Program-made: the position numbers and the translations under genes
The notes under the pieces: generated by a model
Databases searched by the model: none
What the model was told of the DNA's origin: nothing
Seen by the model: only the letters and a program-made list of their open reading frames with translations
Shown here: piece after piece, positions 40,079 to 49,291 of the stretch
Numbering within the stretch: position 1 is the first letter of the stretch
How the letters are laid out: every line of letters begins with the position of its first letter
Assembly (NCBI GenBank): GCA_040389905.1
Contig: JAZJZK010000007.1
Span: 96,001-160,000 of the forward strand
Reading direction: 5' to 3'
Origin: Gemmatimonadota bacterium
GTDB lineage: Bacteria > Gemmatimonadota > Gemmatimonadetes > Gemmatimonadales > Gemmatimonadaceae
DNA: 64,000 nt

Positions 40079-40151
40079 CTCCCTGTCGGCAATGGACAGT
40101 CAACGAGCCTCCGAAGCTCGATTAGTGCGCGTTCGAATCGCGCCGGGGAGA
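40079..40151 (+). tRNA. tRNA-Arg(CCG), atypical D-arm, no encoded CCA
   Basis: CTCCCTG/CGGGGAG acceptor; CGAGC-CT CCG AA-GCTCG; GCGCG-TTCGAAT-CGCGC. Confidence 0.75.
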
Positions 40152-40167
40152 CTCTCCGCCGCACCAC

Positions 40168-40236
40168 ACCTCCGCCTGCGGACCAGGCAACGGGTTTCCT
40201 AAACCTGTCACGAGAGTTCGAGTCTCTCCGGGGGTT
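40168..40236 (+). tRNA. Non-canonical tRNA-Arg(CCT)-like gene
   Basis: ACCTCCG/CGGGGGT acceptor; CGGGT-TT CCT AA-ACCTG; GAGAG-TTCGAGT-CTCTC; the D hairpin follows the acceptor with no nt 8-9 linker. Confidence 0.65.
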
Positions 40237-40312
40237 CTGGCATTAGCAGGCTCGATGAGTGCCGCCAGCGACATCTGGCAGACGGTGCGTTCACGTCTCA
40301 CTCGGCCTATCT

Positions 40313-40385
40313 GTCTCGGTAGCTCCAGCGGTAGAGCGCCAGCCTGAAGAGCTGGGCGACGGTGGTTCGAATCCATCCCGAGACA
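40313..40385 (+). tRNA. tRNA-Phe(GAA), no encoded CCA
   Basis: GTCTCGG/CCGAGAC; GCTC..GAGC; CCAGC-CT GAA GA-GCTGG; GGTGG-TTCGAAT-CCATC. Confidence 0.9.
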
Positions 40386-40391
40386 CTCAAC

Positions 40392-40463
40392 GACCGGCAC
40401 CTCTGGCGAGGTGGCGCGCCTGCAAAGCGCGCAAACAGGGTTCGATTCTCTGGCCGGTCTCCA
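40392..40463 (+). tRNA. Non-canonical tRNA-Cys(GCA) with U73 and encoded CCA
   Basis: GACCGGC/GCCGGTC; ACCTC-TGGC-GAGGT D hairpin with no U8 linker; CGCGC-CT GCA AA-GCGCG; CAGGG-TTCGATT-CTCTG; TCCA. Confidence 0.75.
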
Positions 40464-40687
40464 CCTTCGATTTCGCTGTTGGCGCATGTCACGCCCCATT
40501 GCGACAGGGATTTGTCGGCAGGGCGTGACTCATTGCGGTGTACGCGGCGTCTGTCAAAGGCGCCTAAGCCCCGAGGGTACAAGGACGGGCGAGTATGACC
40601 GCAGCGTGGCGGGATCGGCCTCATGCGCGACGGCCCCTCGCCACTTCGCCGGGATCGCACAGTCAGGATGATGTGCTCGCTGACCGG

Positions 40688-40718
40688 CCCCTAATCGACC
40701 CCTAATCGCCCCTAATCG
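40688..40718. repeat. CCCCTAATCG x3
   Basis: Copies at 40688, 40699 and 40709. Confidence 0.8.
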
Positions 40719-40852
40719 CCATCTGGGAAGGCTCCGGCTCAAAACACTTGGTTCGAGCGTTGCCGCAATACGATCGATGGCTCTCTTTGGCGTCGATGCC
40801 AGTCAGGATACCGGGTCAGAGTACGTCGTACGTATGTGGTTGTACGATGTAC

Positions 40853-42040
40853 TTAAATACGTCTCTCAGCCCATCGCCGCCTGTCCGCTATCAGCAACGG
40901 AATCATCACCACGTACAGCATTGCGCCAAGTATCCAGACGGCCCCGATCCACCGAGCGCGCGTGTACGTGTAGACAAACGTCCCCACGAGCGGCCCCACA
41001 ATCGCCGTGAGGCTCATCAGGCTGGCGAGCACCCCTTGCAGTTCACCCTGCCGAGCCTCGCCGACCTCACGCGACATCATCGCCTGAAGCGCCGGTATCG
41101 CGACGCCACTCAACGCGAAGAGCGGCGAGATTGCGAACGCCACCCAACCCTGCGTCGCCAGCGCGAGCAGGATGAAGGCCACCACATCGGAACAGATCCC
41201 GATGATGATCGTGCGAACCTCTCCAACGCGCGCGATCAGTGGTCCTGTGAGCAACCCTTGCGACCCTGCGTGCCAGATGCCGAACGACGCGAGCGACAAG
41301 CCGACCATCAGTCCGTTCCACTGGAACTTGTCCTGGCCGTACAGCACCCAGACCGTTCCCGGAATGTTGCCGATCAGCCCGAACAGCGTGAATACGCCGA
41401 GGAGCGGCAGGATGATCGAGAGTCCGAACGCCCAGCGCATTGGGGCAAGGGGATTGAGCGTCGCGAGCTGGAAACGCTCGACTGATCTGGCGCGTGATTC
41501 CGGAAGGAGAAAGAAGGTGAGGGCGAGTGTGGCGCCGTTGAGTGCGGCCGCCAGCACGAAGGGCGCGCGGAGGTGCAGGTCGCCAAGCACGCCGCCGATT
41601 ACCGGTCCGACAATGAAGCCGACGCCGAACGCAGCGCTCATCCATCCGAAGCGTTTCGCTCGCTCGTCCTCGGCGGTGATGTCGGCGATGTAGGCGGTCG
41701 CGACGGCCATGTTCGCGCTTGTGAGACCGGCGATGGCGCGGCCTATCAATAAAACGGCGAAGAGCGGCGCCAATGCCATGAATACGTAGTCCACCGTCGC
41801 GCCGGCGATCGAGACAAGCAATACGGGCCGGCGCCCGTATCGGTCGCTTAGTGCGCCCAGAACCGGCGAGAAGACGAACTGCATGAACGCATAGAGCGAT
41901 AACATCACGCCGTACAGCAACGAGATGTCGCTCGAGCCCGTGATCTCCCTCAGCAACCCGGGAAGGATCGGGAAGATCAATCCGATGCCGACCGCATCGA
42001 GCGTGATGATCGAGAGAATGACGACGAGCTGCCGGTTCAT
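40853..42040 (-). CDS. TetA-like (TCR/Tet, DHA1) MFS efflux transporter
   Basis: LDAVGIGLIFPILPGLL, GALSDRYGRRPVLL motif A, GFIVGPVIGG motif C; no adjacent tetR. Confidence 0.9.
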   Translation of the reverse strand: MNRQLVVILSIITLDAVGIGLIFPILPGLLREITGSSDISLLYGVMLSLYAFMQFVFSPVLGALSDRYGRRPVLLVSIAGATVDYVFMALAPLFAVLLIGRAIAGLTSANMAVATAYIADITAEDERAKRFGWMSAAFGVGFIVGPVIGGVLGDLHLRAPFVLAAALNGATLALTFFLLPESRARSVERFQLATLNPLAPMRWAFGLSIILPLLGVFTLFGLIGNIPGTVWVLYGQDKFQWNGLMVGLSLASFGIWHAGSQGLLTGPLIARVGEVRTIIIGICSDVVAFILLALATQGWVAFAISPLFALSGVAIPALQAMMSREVGEARQGELQGVLASLMSLTAIVGPLVGTFVYTYTRARWIGAVWILGAMLYVVMIPLLIADRRRWAERRI

Positions 42041-42115
42041 GGATTCGTGCGAGGGGGGACGACCGCGGACCGGATCCGTGCGCTTGACGCCGTCGGCCGA
42101 TTGAGACATCATACT

Positions 42116-42260
42116 GTCGGCGGCGATCAACGCCCAACCTCTATGACTCCGCCCCAGCTGGAGTCCTGTGCGAGGCAAAGGGGGGTAGACCTTCTGATCA
42201 GTATCGTCGGTCCTTTGCGCCATCACGGGCGCGCTGCTGGGGAGTGGCCCGTGGTGCATC
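42116..42260 (+). promoter_or_regulatory. Candidate structured 5' leader RNA with a possible pseudoknot
   Basis: Stems gactcc/ggagtc, gcaaagg/cctttgc and cacgggc/gcccgtg; loops CCCCAGC (42152) and GCTGGGG (42236) are complementary. Confidence 0.45.
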
Positions 42261-42277
42261 CAAAGGAGACATTGACG

Positions 42278-42976
42278 ATGACACGCCAGAAAGACTTGAA
42301 GCGCCTCGTTCGCGCTCGCATGCAGAAGACGGGTGAAGCCTATACCGCCGCCCGCGCCAATATCATCAAGAAGCCCATCACGCTCGCCGCCGCGGCAGCC
42401 GCAGCCGTCCCAGAACCGGCCGTCGACTACGCGAAAGTTGCCGGCATGAGCGATGCCGTCATCGCGGAGAAGACCGGGTGTTCATGGGAGCGTTGGACCT
42501 ATGCGCTCGATCGCCACAAAGCGTACGAGCTCTCGCACGCCGACATCGCAAAGCTCGTCAAGGAGAAGTACAAGACGGATTCGTGGTGGACCCAGACCGT
42601 CACCGTTGGTTACGAGCGGATCAAGGGGCTGCGCACGAAGGGGCAGCAACGCAACGGCACCTTCGGCATGACCAAGTCGCGCACGTTCAACGTGCCGGTG
42701 GATGTGTTGTTCGAGGCGTGGAAGAATCCGCGCGCGCGCAAGCGCTGGCTCGATGGTGAGCGCGTTCGCGTGCGCACATCGATACCAAACAAGTCGATGC
42801 GGCTCGACTGGACCGATGGCGCGATCGTCGCCGTCGGCTTCCTCGCGAAGGGCGACGGCAAGAGCGCGGTCGCGCTCGAGCACAGCAAACTGCCCGACAA
42901 GGAGACGGCCGACCGCCTCAAGCAGTACTGGTCCGAGCGCCTCGACGCGCTCGGCGCGGAGCTACAGCGAGAATAG
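42278..42976 (+). CDS. Hypothetical protein (DUF4287-like middle, SRPBCC/AHSA1-like C-terminus)
   Basis: AAAGGAG RBS; MTRQKDLKRLVRARMQKTGEAYTAAR, KTGCSWERW, WWTQTVTVGYER. Confidence 0.8.
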   Translation: MTRQKDLKRLVRARMQKTGEAYTAARANIIKKPITLAAAAAAAVPEPAVDYAKVAGMSDAVIAEKTGCSWERWTYALDRHKAYELSHADIAKLVKEKYKTDSWWTQTVTVGYERIKGLRTKGQQRNGTFGMTKSRTFNVPVDVLFEAWKNPRARKRWLDGERVRVRTSIPNKSMRLDWTDGAIVAVGFLAKGDGKSAVALEHSKLPDKETADRLKQYWSERLDALGAELQRE

Positions 42977-43009
42977 CGGCCATCCTGAACGCTCCGCCTG
43001 TAAACACGG

Positions 43010-43100
43010 ATGTCACCCCGAGCGAGCAAAGCGAGTCGAGGGGTCTGCACCTCAACCCCAGACTGAACGTGCAGATCCCTCGACGTCGCTCGGGATGACA
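43010..43100. repeat. REP-like palindromic element
   Basis: tgtcaccccgagcga...gtcgaggggtctgcac / gtgcagatccctcgac..tcgctcgggatgaca. Confidence 0.8.
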
Positions 43101-43135
43101 GCCACTTCCTGTTGCGCGCAACCCCTCTGCTCCTC

Positions 43136-44236
43136 ATGAACCTTCCTATCAATCCGCCCCTTCTCCCGATGCTCGCCAAGCGCGCTGGCGAGCTTCCCGA
43201 GGGGGACTCCTGGATCTTCGAACCCAAGTGGGATGGGTTCCGCACCCTCGTCTTTCGCGACGGCAACGAGATCTTCATCCAGAGCCGAGACGAGAAACCG
43301 CTCAACCGGTACTTCCCGGAATTGGCGGACGTTTTGCTCGAGCAGTTGCCTGATCGCTGCGTCCTGGATGGAGAGATCGTCATTGCCGGCCAGCACGGAC
43401 TGGAGTTCGAATCGTTGCAGCTTCGTCTGCATCCCGCGGAATCGCGCGTGCGAAAGCTCGCGGAAGCGATGCCGTCGTCTGTGGTGTTCTTCGACGTCTT
43501 GTGCATCGGTGATCGCGACCTGCGCGCGCTGCCGTTCGCGGAACGACGCGCCGAGTTGGAAGCGCTGCTGAACAGGGCGACGGCACCGGTGCATATCACG
43601 CCGGCGACGCGCAACCGCGATATCGCCGCCGACTGGTTCCGCCGATTCGAAGGCGCGGGGCTCGATGGCGTGATTGCCAAGGGAGAAACGAGCAGCTACG
43701 AGCCGAACAAGCGCGTCATGGTCAAGGTGAAACATGAGCGCGATTGTGACTGCGTCGTCGCTGGCTTCCGTTGGCACAAGCGTGGGGACCGCGACGCCGT
43801 CGGCTCGTTGCTCCTGGGCCTCTTCGATGACTCCGGAGCACTTCATCACGTTGGCGTGTGCGCGAGCTTCACCGATGCGAAGCGGAAGGAGCTCGTCACC
43901 CTCCTCGAGCCGTTCCGTGTCGACGCCCTCGTCAACCATCCATGGCGCGAATGGGCCGCGCATCAGACGGATGACACAGGTGCGCAGCGAAAGCCCGGCG
44001 GCGGAAGCCGGTGGAGCCAAGGGAAGGACCTGTCGTGGGAGCCCTTGCGCCCGGAACTCGTCGTCGAGGTGGCCTATGACCACATGCAGGGCGCGCGCTT
44101 TCGTCACACGGCGCAATTCCGCCGGTGGCGCAGCGACAAACGCCCAGTGGACTGCACGTTCGCGCAGCTCGAAGTTGTTCCGCCGCAGGAGTTGATGGCT
44201 ATCTTCGCCGGTACATCTCGCGCCACACGCGCGTAG
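43136..44236 (+). CDS. ligC: ATP-dependent DNA ligase, LigC type
   Basis: FEPKWDGFR, LDGEIV, GLDGVIAK, EVAYDHMQGARFRHTAQFRRWR. Confidence 0.9.
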   Translation: MNLPINPPLLPMLAKRAGELPEGDSWIFEPKWDGFRTLVFRDGNEIFIQSRDEKPLNRYFPELADVLLEQLPDRCVLDGEIVIAGQHGLEFESLQLRLHPAESRVRKLAEAMPSSVVFFDVLCIGDRDLRALPFAERRAELEALLNRATAPVHITPATRNRDIAADWFRRFEGAGLDGVIAKGETSSYEPNKRVMVKVKHERDCDCVVAGFRWHKRGDRDAVGSLLLGLFDDSGALHHVGVCASFTDAKRKELVTLLEPFRVDALVNHPWREWAAHQTDDTGAQRKPGGGSRWSQGKDLSWEPLRPELVVEVAYDHMQGARFRHTAQFRRWRSDKRPVDCTFAQLEVVPPQELMAIFAGTSRATRA

Positions 44237-45509
44237 GATCGTCGTCTGGATCGGGCGTCACCTGCGGTGGCCGAATCGCTTCGGGCACGGCTCGAAGATT
44301 CACTCGAATGCGCGTCCACGTCGACGAGCGGCCGCGCATCGAATCGACGAGTACGTCGTCAACGGCGAGATGGGACGCGACGTCGGGATACCGCGCCTTC
44401 CATCGTTCGAGCCCAGCGAGCGCGGCGGACTTGTCAGGCGAGTTCGCGACGACGATGAGCGGCATCTTGGCGCGCGGAGCACGTTTGCCCGCCGTTGTCT
44501 TCGCCGCGCCCTTCGCACGCGACGGTGCCACGCGGGGCGCTTCTCCATCCATTTTGCGAAAGTGCGGCGGCCAGGGCGCGTCGCTGATCCCCGCCGCTTC
44601 ATCGCGATCCGCGAGCGCGAGCAGCGCGTCGAGCGATCCAACCGAGCCATCCATCGCAGCGTGCGGATCTCCAATGTCCGCGAAGCGCGCGGGCATAGAG
44701 AGGACTGTAAAGTCCGCCGGGTCGCAGAGCGGGACTTCCGCCCACGCTAGCGGTGCGGACACACGCGCATCGGGGAGCGGCCGAATAGAGTAGGCCGACG
44801 CCGTCGTTCGATCCTTCGCGTTCTGATTGTAGTCGAGGAAAACGCCCTTACGCTCTTCCTTCCACCACTTCGATGTCGCGAGCGAGGGAATGCGTCGCTC
44901 GATCTCTCGCGAGAATGCCAGTGCCGCGCGCCGCACCTCGGTGAACGTCCACCGCTGCTCGATGCGCACGTTGACGTGCATGCCGCGCGAGCCACTGGTC
45001 TTGGGCCACCCGCGGAGCCCGAGCTCCGTGAGCAATGCATTGGCTTCCATTGCAACCGTACGAACGTCCACCCACTCGACGCCCGGGCCCGGATCGAGAT
45101 CAATGCGCAGCTCGTCGGGATGATCGAGATCGCTGGCGCGAACGGCGTGCGGATGGAGCTCGATGCAACCCAGGTTCACGACCCACGCGAGTCCTGCCGC
45201 ATCGTCGACGACGATTTCTTCGGCGGTGCGCCCGGAAGGGAATGACAGTGTCACGGTGCGCAGCCAGGCCGGTCGCTTGTCCGGCGCGCGCTTCTGATAG
45301 AAGGGCTCTGCTTCCGGGCCGTTGACGAAGCGCTTGAGCACGATCGGCCGGTCGCGGATTCCATTGATCGCACCGGCCGCCACCGTCATGTAGTAGTGCA
45401 CGATGTCGAGCTTCGAGAGCTGCACGCCTTTGGTGAAATACGGCTTGTCCGGATGCGTGATATCGACGTCGCGATCGTCAAAAGTCAGGCGGTGTGGTTT
45501 GTCGGACAT
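44199..45509 (-). CDS. LigD-type primase-polymerase (Prim-PolC-like)
   Basis: FYQKRAP, PDELRIDLDP, KTSGSRGMH, FLDYNQNAKDRT; convergent with ligC, 3' ends overlap. Confidence 0.9.
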   Translation of the reverse strand: MSDKPHRLTFDDRDVDITHPDKPYFTKGVQLSKLDIVHYYMTVAAGAINGIRDRPIVLKRFVNGPEAEPFYQKRAPDKRPAWLRTVTLSFPSGRTAEEIVVDDAAGLAWVVNLGCIELHPHAVRASDLDHPDELRIDLDPGPGVEWVDVRTVAMEANALLTELGLRGWPKTSGSRGMHVNVRIEQRWTFTEVRRAALAFSREIERRIPSLATSKWWKEERKGVFLDYNQNAKDRTTASAYSIRPLPDARVSAPLAWAEVPLCDPADFTVLSMPARFADIGDPHAAMDGSVGSLDALLALADRDEAAGISDAPWPPHFRKMDGEAPRVAPSRAKGAAKTTAGKRAPRAKMPLIVVANSPDKSAALAGLERWKARYPDVASHLAVDDVLVDSMRGRSSTWTRIRVNLRAVPEAIRPPQVTPDPDDDPTRVWREMYRRR

Positions 45510-45654
45510 GGGAGGGGAATCTCATCAGAGGCGACAATCTCGCAATGGCGTGACGTCGTTGCACGAGGTGCACGCTCGATTTGTCGTCCTGCGCGAAGCG
45601 AAGGGCCCGCACCGGCCTTTCAGGTCTCCGCGTCACGCACACAAGTGGCGTCAT

Positions 45655-45856
45655 CTTCCCGCAGAGGACGCAGAGGACGCAGAGGAGCAGAGGTACGCAG
45701 AGGAAAGCAAAAGCATTGTGAGCTGCTGTATCCCGCTCGTTTTGTCGCCTGCCTGCCCTCGAGGAGCGCAAGCGACGAAGCGAGCGAAGCGAAGGGCCTG
45801 CACCTGCTGTTTCGCATTCCTCTGCGTGCCTCTGCTCCTCCGCGTCCTCTGCGGTT
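45655..45856. repeat. Composite palindromic repeat with a nested REP-like element
   Basis: cgcagaggacgcagagg arms; inner gttttgtcgcc...gcgaagggcctgcacct. Confidence 0.85.
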
Positions 45857-45996
45857 CATTGACAATGATCTCTGGCTCCACGACGATGCGCGGCGAGGTG
45901 GGATAATACGACAATACCATACGAGCATTCTGGACAGGTGCCGCCACCAACTCCAATTTCTTCTCGATACGTACGCTGTCCCGAGCCGCTCATACC

Positions 45997-46977
45997 ATGC
46001 GATCCTTCGCCCTTTTGCTCGTCTGCACGGCCGCCTCGGTCGCCGGTGCGCAGCAGTCGTCCGCACCGTCCGCGGCACCGCAGCTCCCCCGCGACGAAAT
46101 CGCAGCACTCGCCCGCCTCCAGGTTGCGATCAACACCGCGCACGATTCGGCGAACGTGCACCTCGCCCAGGCGCGCAATACCACGACCCAGGCGCAGGCC
46201 GCATTGCGCGAGAAGCTCGACCTGCAGATCGCCGACATTCTCCATCATGCCGGCCTCACTGAGGTGGACTACCGGCGCAAGACCTTCGTACTCAGCACCG
46301 ATCCCGCCTCTCGGAAGATGTTCGACAGTGTCGTGGTCGCCGTCAGTGGTGCGCCGCTTCCGGGTACATATATCGCACCAACCGCCGTCGCCAACGTTGC
46401 CGTGCCGGCGGGCCCCTTGGGCGTCCACATCGCACATGTGATGAACGCCTTCGGCGACACGCCGAACGGGCAGGGGCTGCTACCGACGGCGACGGCTGAA
46501 GCGCGAATCGCCATGCAGCACGCGGCGCTCGCTGGACGCCAGCCAACGAATCTCGAGTACATGAAGACACACGCCGGACACGTCATCAATGCCATCGACC
46601 CAACCATTGAAGCCGCGGGCCCTGGATTGAAATACGGCCTCAAGAAGGCTGCGATGGGCGTGGCCACGCATATCGAGCTCGCGGCTGCCGTGCCGGGCGC
46701 TTCGGCGAATGCGCTCAACCACGCGAAGCACGTCGCCATGGCCGCCCGCAATACCGTGAGCAGGGCGGATCAACTGCTCGCGCTTGCGCAGAAGGTGCGC
46801 GCATCGACCTCCGCGGAGGAGGCCGCGGCGCTGGTGACGCAGATGTCGGCGCTCGCAGAGCAGATCATCATCGGCGTGGACGCGAACGCCGATGGAAAGA
46901 TCAGTTGGGAACAGGGTGAGGGCGGACTACAGCAGTGCGACGAACACGTGCGGTTACTGCTCGCTGGGGAACGCTGA
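45997..46977 (+). CDS. Secreted helical hypothetical protein
   Basis: Signal peptide; His-rich helices; EF-hand-like DANADGKIS near the C-terminus. Confidence 0.8.
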   Translation: MRSFALLLVCTAASVAGAQQSSAPSAAPQLPRDEIAALARLQVAINTAHDSANVHLAQARNTTTQAQAALREKLDLQIADILHHAGLTEVDYRRKTFVLSTDPASRKMFDSVVVAVSGAPLPGTYIAPTAVANVAVPAGPLGVHIAHVMNAFGDTPNGQGLLPTATAEARIAMQHAALAGRQPTNLEYMKTHAGHVINAIDPTIEAAGPGLKYGLKKAAMGVATHIELAAAVPGASANALNHAKHVAMAARNTVSRADQLLALAQKVRASTSAEEAAALVTQMSALAEQIIIGVDANADGKISWEQGEGGLQQCDEHVRLLLAGER

Positions 46978-47028
46978 GAATTCTTACTGGGTCTGGCCAA
47001 AGTTCGGATCGGTGCTTGGTCGACAACG

Positions 47029-47184
47029 TCAGACCTTCAGACGTTCAGGTGCCCAGCCGTCAGCCACAGCCTACAGCATTTCAGGGGGTGTGGCGCTCTG
47101 GTGCATCGCACCCGTTACGCCACACCCCCTGAGAATCTGTTAGCTGTGGCTGATCACTGAGCACCTGAATTCCCTGAAATCTGA
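47029..47184. repeat. Long imperfect inverted repeat between convergent genes
   Basis: ttcaggtgc..tcagccacagc..tcagggggtgtggcg / cgccacaccccctga..gctgtggctga..gcacctgaa. Confidence 0.8.
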
Positions 47185-47200
47185 ACCGCTTTGGCAGGAG

Positions 47201-49282
47201 TCAGCAGCCCAGGCAGCGGTGACTGTTCTTCGACCCCAGCTTCTCGAGTAGCGCGATGGTCTCCGGGAAGGGACGTAGGCGTTGCACCGGCCCGTTCGCC
47301 ATATCCGCCGTCGTACGAAAGTTGAGCGACACGGCCTTCGGATCCGCGCCCTTGCTCACGAGATACAGAATCATCTCATTGTCGCCACGCGCCGCGGCGT
47401 GGTGCAGTGGCGTGTAGCCGTTCAGGTCACGCTGGTTGACGTCTGCTCCAAGCTCCTCCACCAGGTACCGCATCGCCGGCATCCAGGCGTCCGGCGCGTG
47501 ACGATGCGAGTTGCCCGCGAAGCCGTTCCCGTACCCAACGCCAGCGGCACAGTGGATCGGATAGACGCCGCTGCCCGGCTTCACCGCTTTGGCCGCGGAA
47601 TCGACCTGCGCATCGATAGCCACCGGCGCCGCTCCTCCTCCACCGCCTCGTCCGCCGCCACCGCCACCGCCACCGCCACCTGCAAAGCCCCCGCCGCCGG
47701 GCGGAATTGTCCCGCGACCACCCCTTGGCGCCGCCGTTGAATCACCAGCGCCGCCGCCGCGCGGCGCGCCGGGCGCAGCCAGCCGACGCCCGCCACCGGC
47801 CGCAGGCGTCGGCCGCGCAGACGGCGTAGTGGGATCAGCGCCAGCCTTCACCAACATGCGCATCACGTCGACATCGAGCGCATATGCCGCCCGCCAGAAC
47901 GGCGTCGTGCCATCGATGTTCTCGAGACCGCAGTTCGCGTTGCCGCAATTGTTGAAGGAGAAATACCAGAACTGCGACTTGAGCCTTGCGTTCGGGTTTG
48001 CCCCCTTCGCGAGCAGGGCGGTCACCAGCTCGAGGTAGTGCGTCTTCTGATTCTGGATTTCCTGCGGTTGCGGAAAGCGCGTACGCGGCGCCCACTGGGT
48101 GTTGATCGCGGCATAGAGCGGTGTGTTGCCAGAATTGCTCGCGATGTTCACGTCCGCTCCGCGGTCGATCAGGAGCTTTGCCACATCGAACTGGCCATTG
48201 ATTAAAGCGACAAGCAACGGCGTCGTGCGGTCCACGTCGCTCGTGTCGTTGATGTTGGCGCCTCCGTCGAGAAGCGCGATCGCAGCACCGGCGTGACCAT
48301 CCCGCGCCGCGTGATGCAACGCCGTCAGCCCGCCGACGCCGCCCACCGACCCCACATAACCAGCGACGCCCCCGTTGATCGTGTCGACTTGCTCCGTGAA
48401 CGCGCCGCGCCCAGAGGCCGTCGCCAGCACTGCGCGACCGGAATCGATTGCCGCCTGAATCTGCGCGGGCGTGAACGGTCCCTTTGGCTGCGGACCGCCA
48501 CCGCGCCCACCGCGACCTCCGCGGCCGGCGGCAGCGGTATCCACGGGCGCCGCCGCACCAGGAGCCATCGCACCTGGGGCCGCGGTCTTCGTCGTGTCCT
48601 TGTGCTTCTCCGGCTCGAAGGACACGAGGACTTCATTGCGTTTGCGCGCGGCGGCCTGATCGCGCGTTCCTTCTTCCGTGAGGTTCACGAGCTTCGTATG
48701 CACATTCGCGTTGGCGCCACGCTTGAGGAGCGTCTTGATCGCGTCCACGCGATCGTAGCCCGCCGCGAAGATCAACGGGGTCTGACCCCACATCGGCTCG
48801 CGGGCGTTCACGTCCGCTCCGCGGTCGACGAGCGCGTTGATGATCACGCTGTTGCCGGCCGCGGCGGCGAGATGCAGCGACGTGGCTCCCGATTCACTCA
48901 GGGCATTCACGTCGCTGCCGGCGCTCAGCAACGCCCTCACCACAGGCGCACTCCCAACCCGGCTCGCGATCAGCAACGGCGTATACTGACCGATACGCGT
49001 CCGTGCCTTGACGTCGGCTTTGGCCTTGATGAGAAGCTCCGTCATGGCGGAATCACCACGATCGGCGGCCCAGTGAAGTGCGGTCATGCCGTCGCCCTGC
49101 GCGACATTCACGCGCTCTCCCTGCGCGATGAGCTTACGAACGGTCGCGAGGTCGCCCTTCATCGCCGCATCGGCGACTACAGCCGCCGGTGGCGTCGCGG
49201 CCCGCACCATCGTGGCAGCGGCGAGAACCGCGGCGACCGATGCGGCAAACGCCAAGCTGCGCTTCGAATTCCTCTTGATCAC
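47201..49282 (-). CDS. Secreted ankyrin-repeat protein
   Basis: Repeated G.T(A/P)LH.AA...GAD.N motifs. Confidence 0.9.
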   Translation of the reverse strand: MIKRNSKRSLAFAASVAAVLAAATMVRAATPPAAVVADAAMKGDLATVRKLIAQGERVNVAQGDGMTALHWAADRGDSAMTELLIKAKADVKARTRIGQYTPLLIASRVGSAPVVRALLSAGSDVNALSESGATSLHLAAAAGNSVIINALVDRGADVNAREPMWGQTPLIFAAGYDRVDAIKTLLKRGANANVHTKLVNLTEEGTRDQAAARKRNEVLVSFEPEKHKDTTKTAAPGAMAPGAAAPVDTAAAGRGGRGGRGGGPQPKGPFTPAQIQAAIDSGRAVLATASGRGAFTEQVDTINGGVAGYVGSVGGVGGLTALHHAARDGHAGAAIALLDGGANINDTSDVDRTTPLLVALINGQFDVAKLLIDRGADVNIASNSGNTPLYAAINTQWAPRTRFPQPQEIQNQKTHYLELVTALLAKGANPNARLKSQFWYFSFNNCGNANCGLENIDGTTPFWRAAYALDVDVMRMLVKAGADPTTPSARPTPAAGGGRRLAAPGAPRGGGAGDSTAAPRGGRGTIPPGGGGFAGGGGGGGGGGRGGGGGAAPVAIDAQVDSAAKAVKPGSGVYPIHCAAGVGYGNGFAGNSHRHAPDAWMPAMRYLVEELGADVNQRDLNGYTPLHHAAARGDNEMILYLVSKGADPKAVSLNFRTTADMANGPVQRLRPFPETIALLEKLGSKNSHRCLGC

Positions 49283-49291
49283 GGTCTCCCT

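Noticed and set aside
40079..40463. Prophage or ICE attachment site at the tRNAs
   Set aside because: No integrase, phage genes or duplicated tRNA 3' end seen in the window.
39940..40742. Short ORFs downstream of rtcB
   Set aside because: They overlap tRNA cloverleafs and lack RBS and codon bias.
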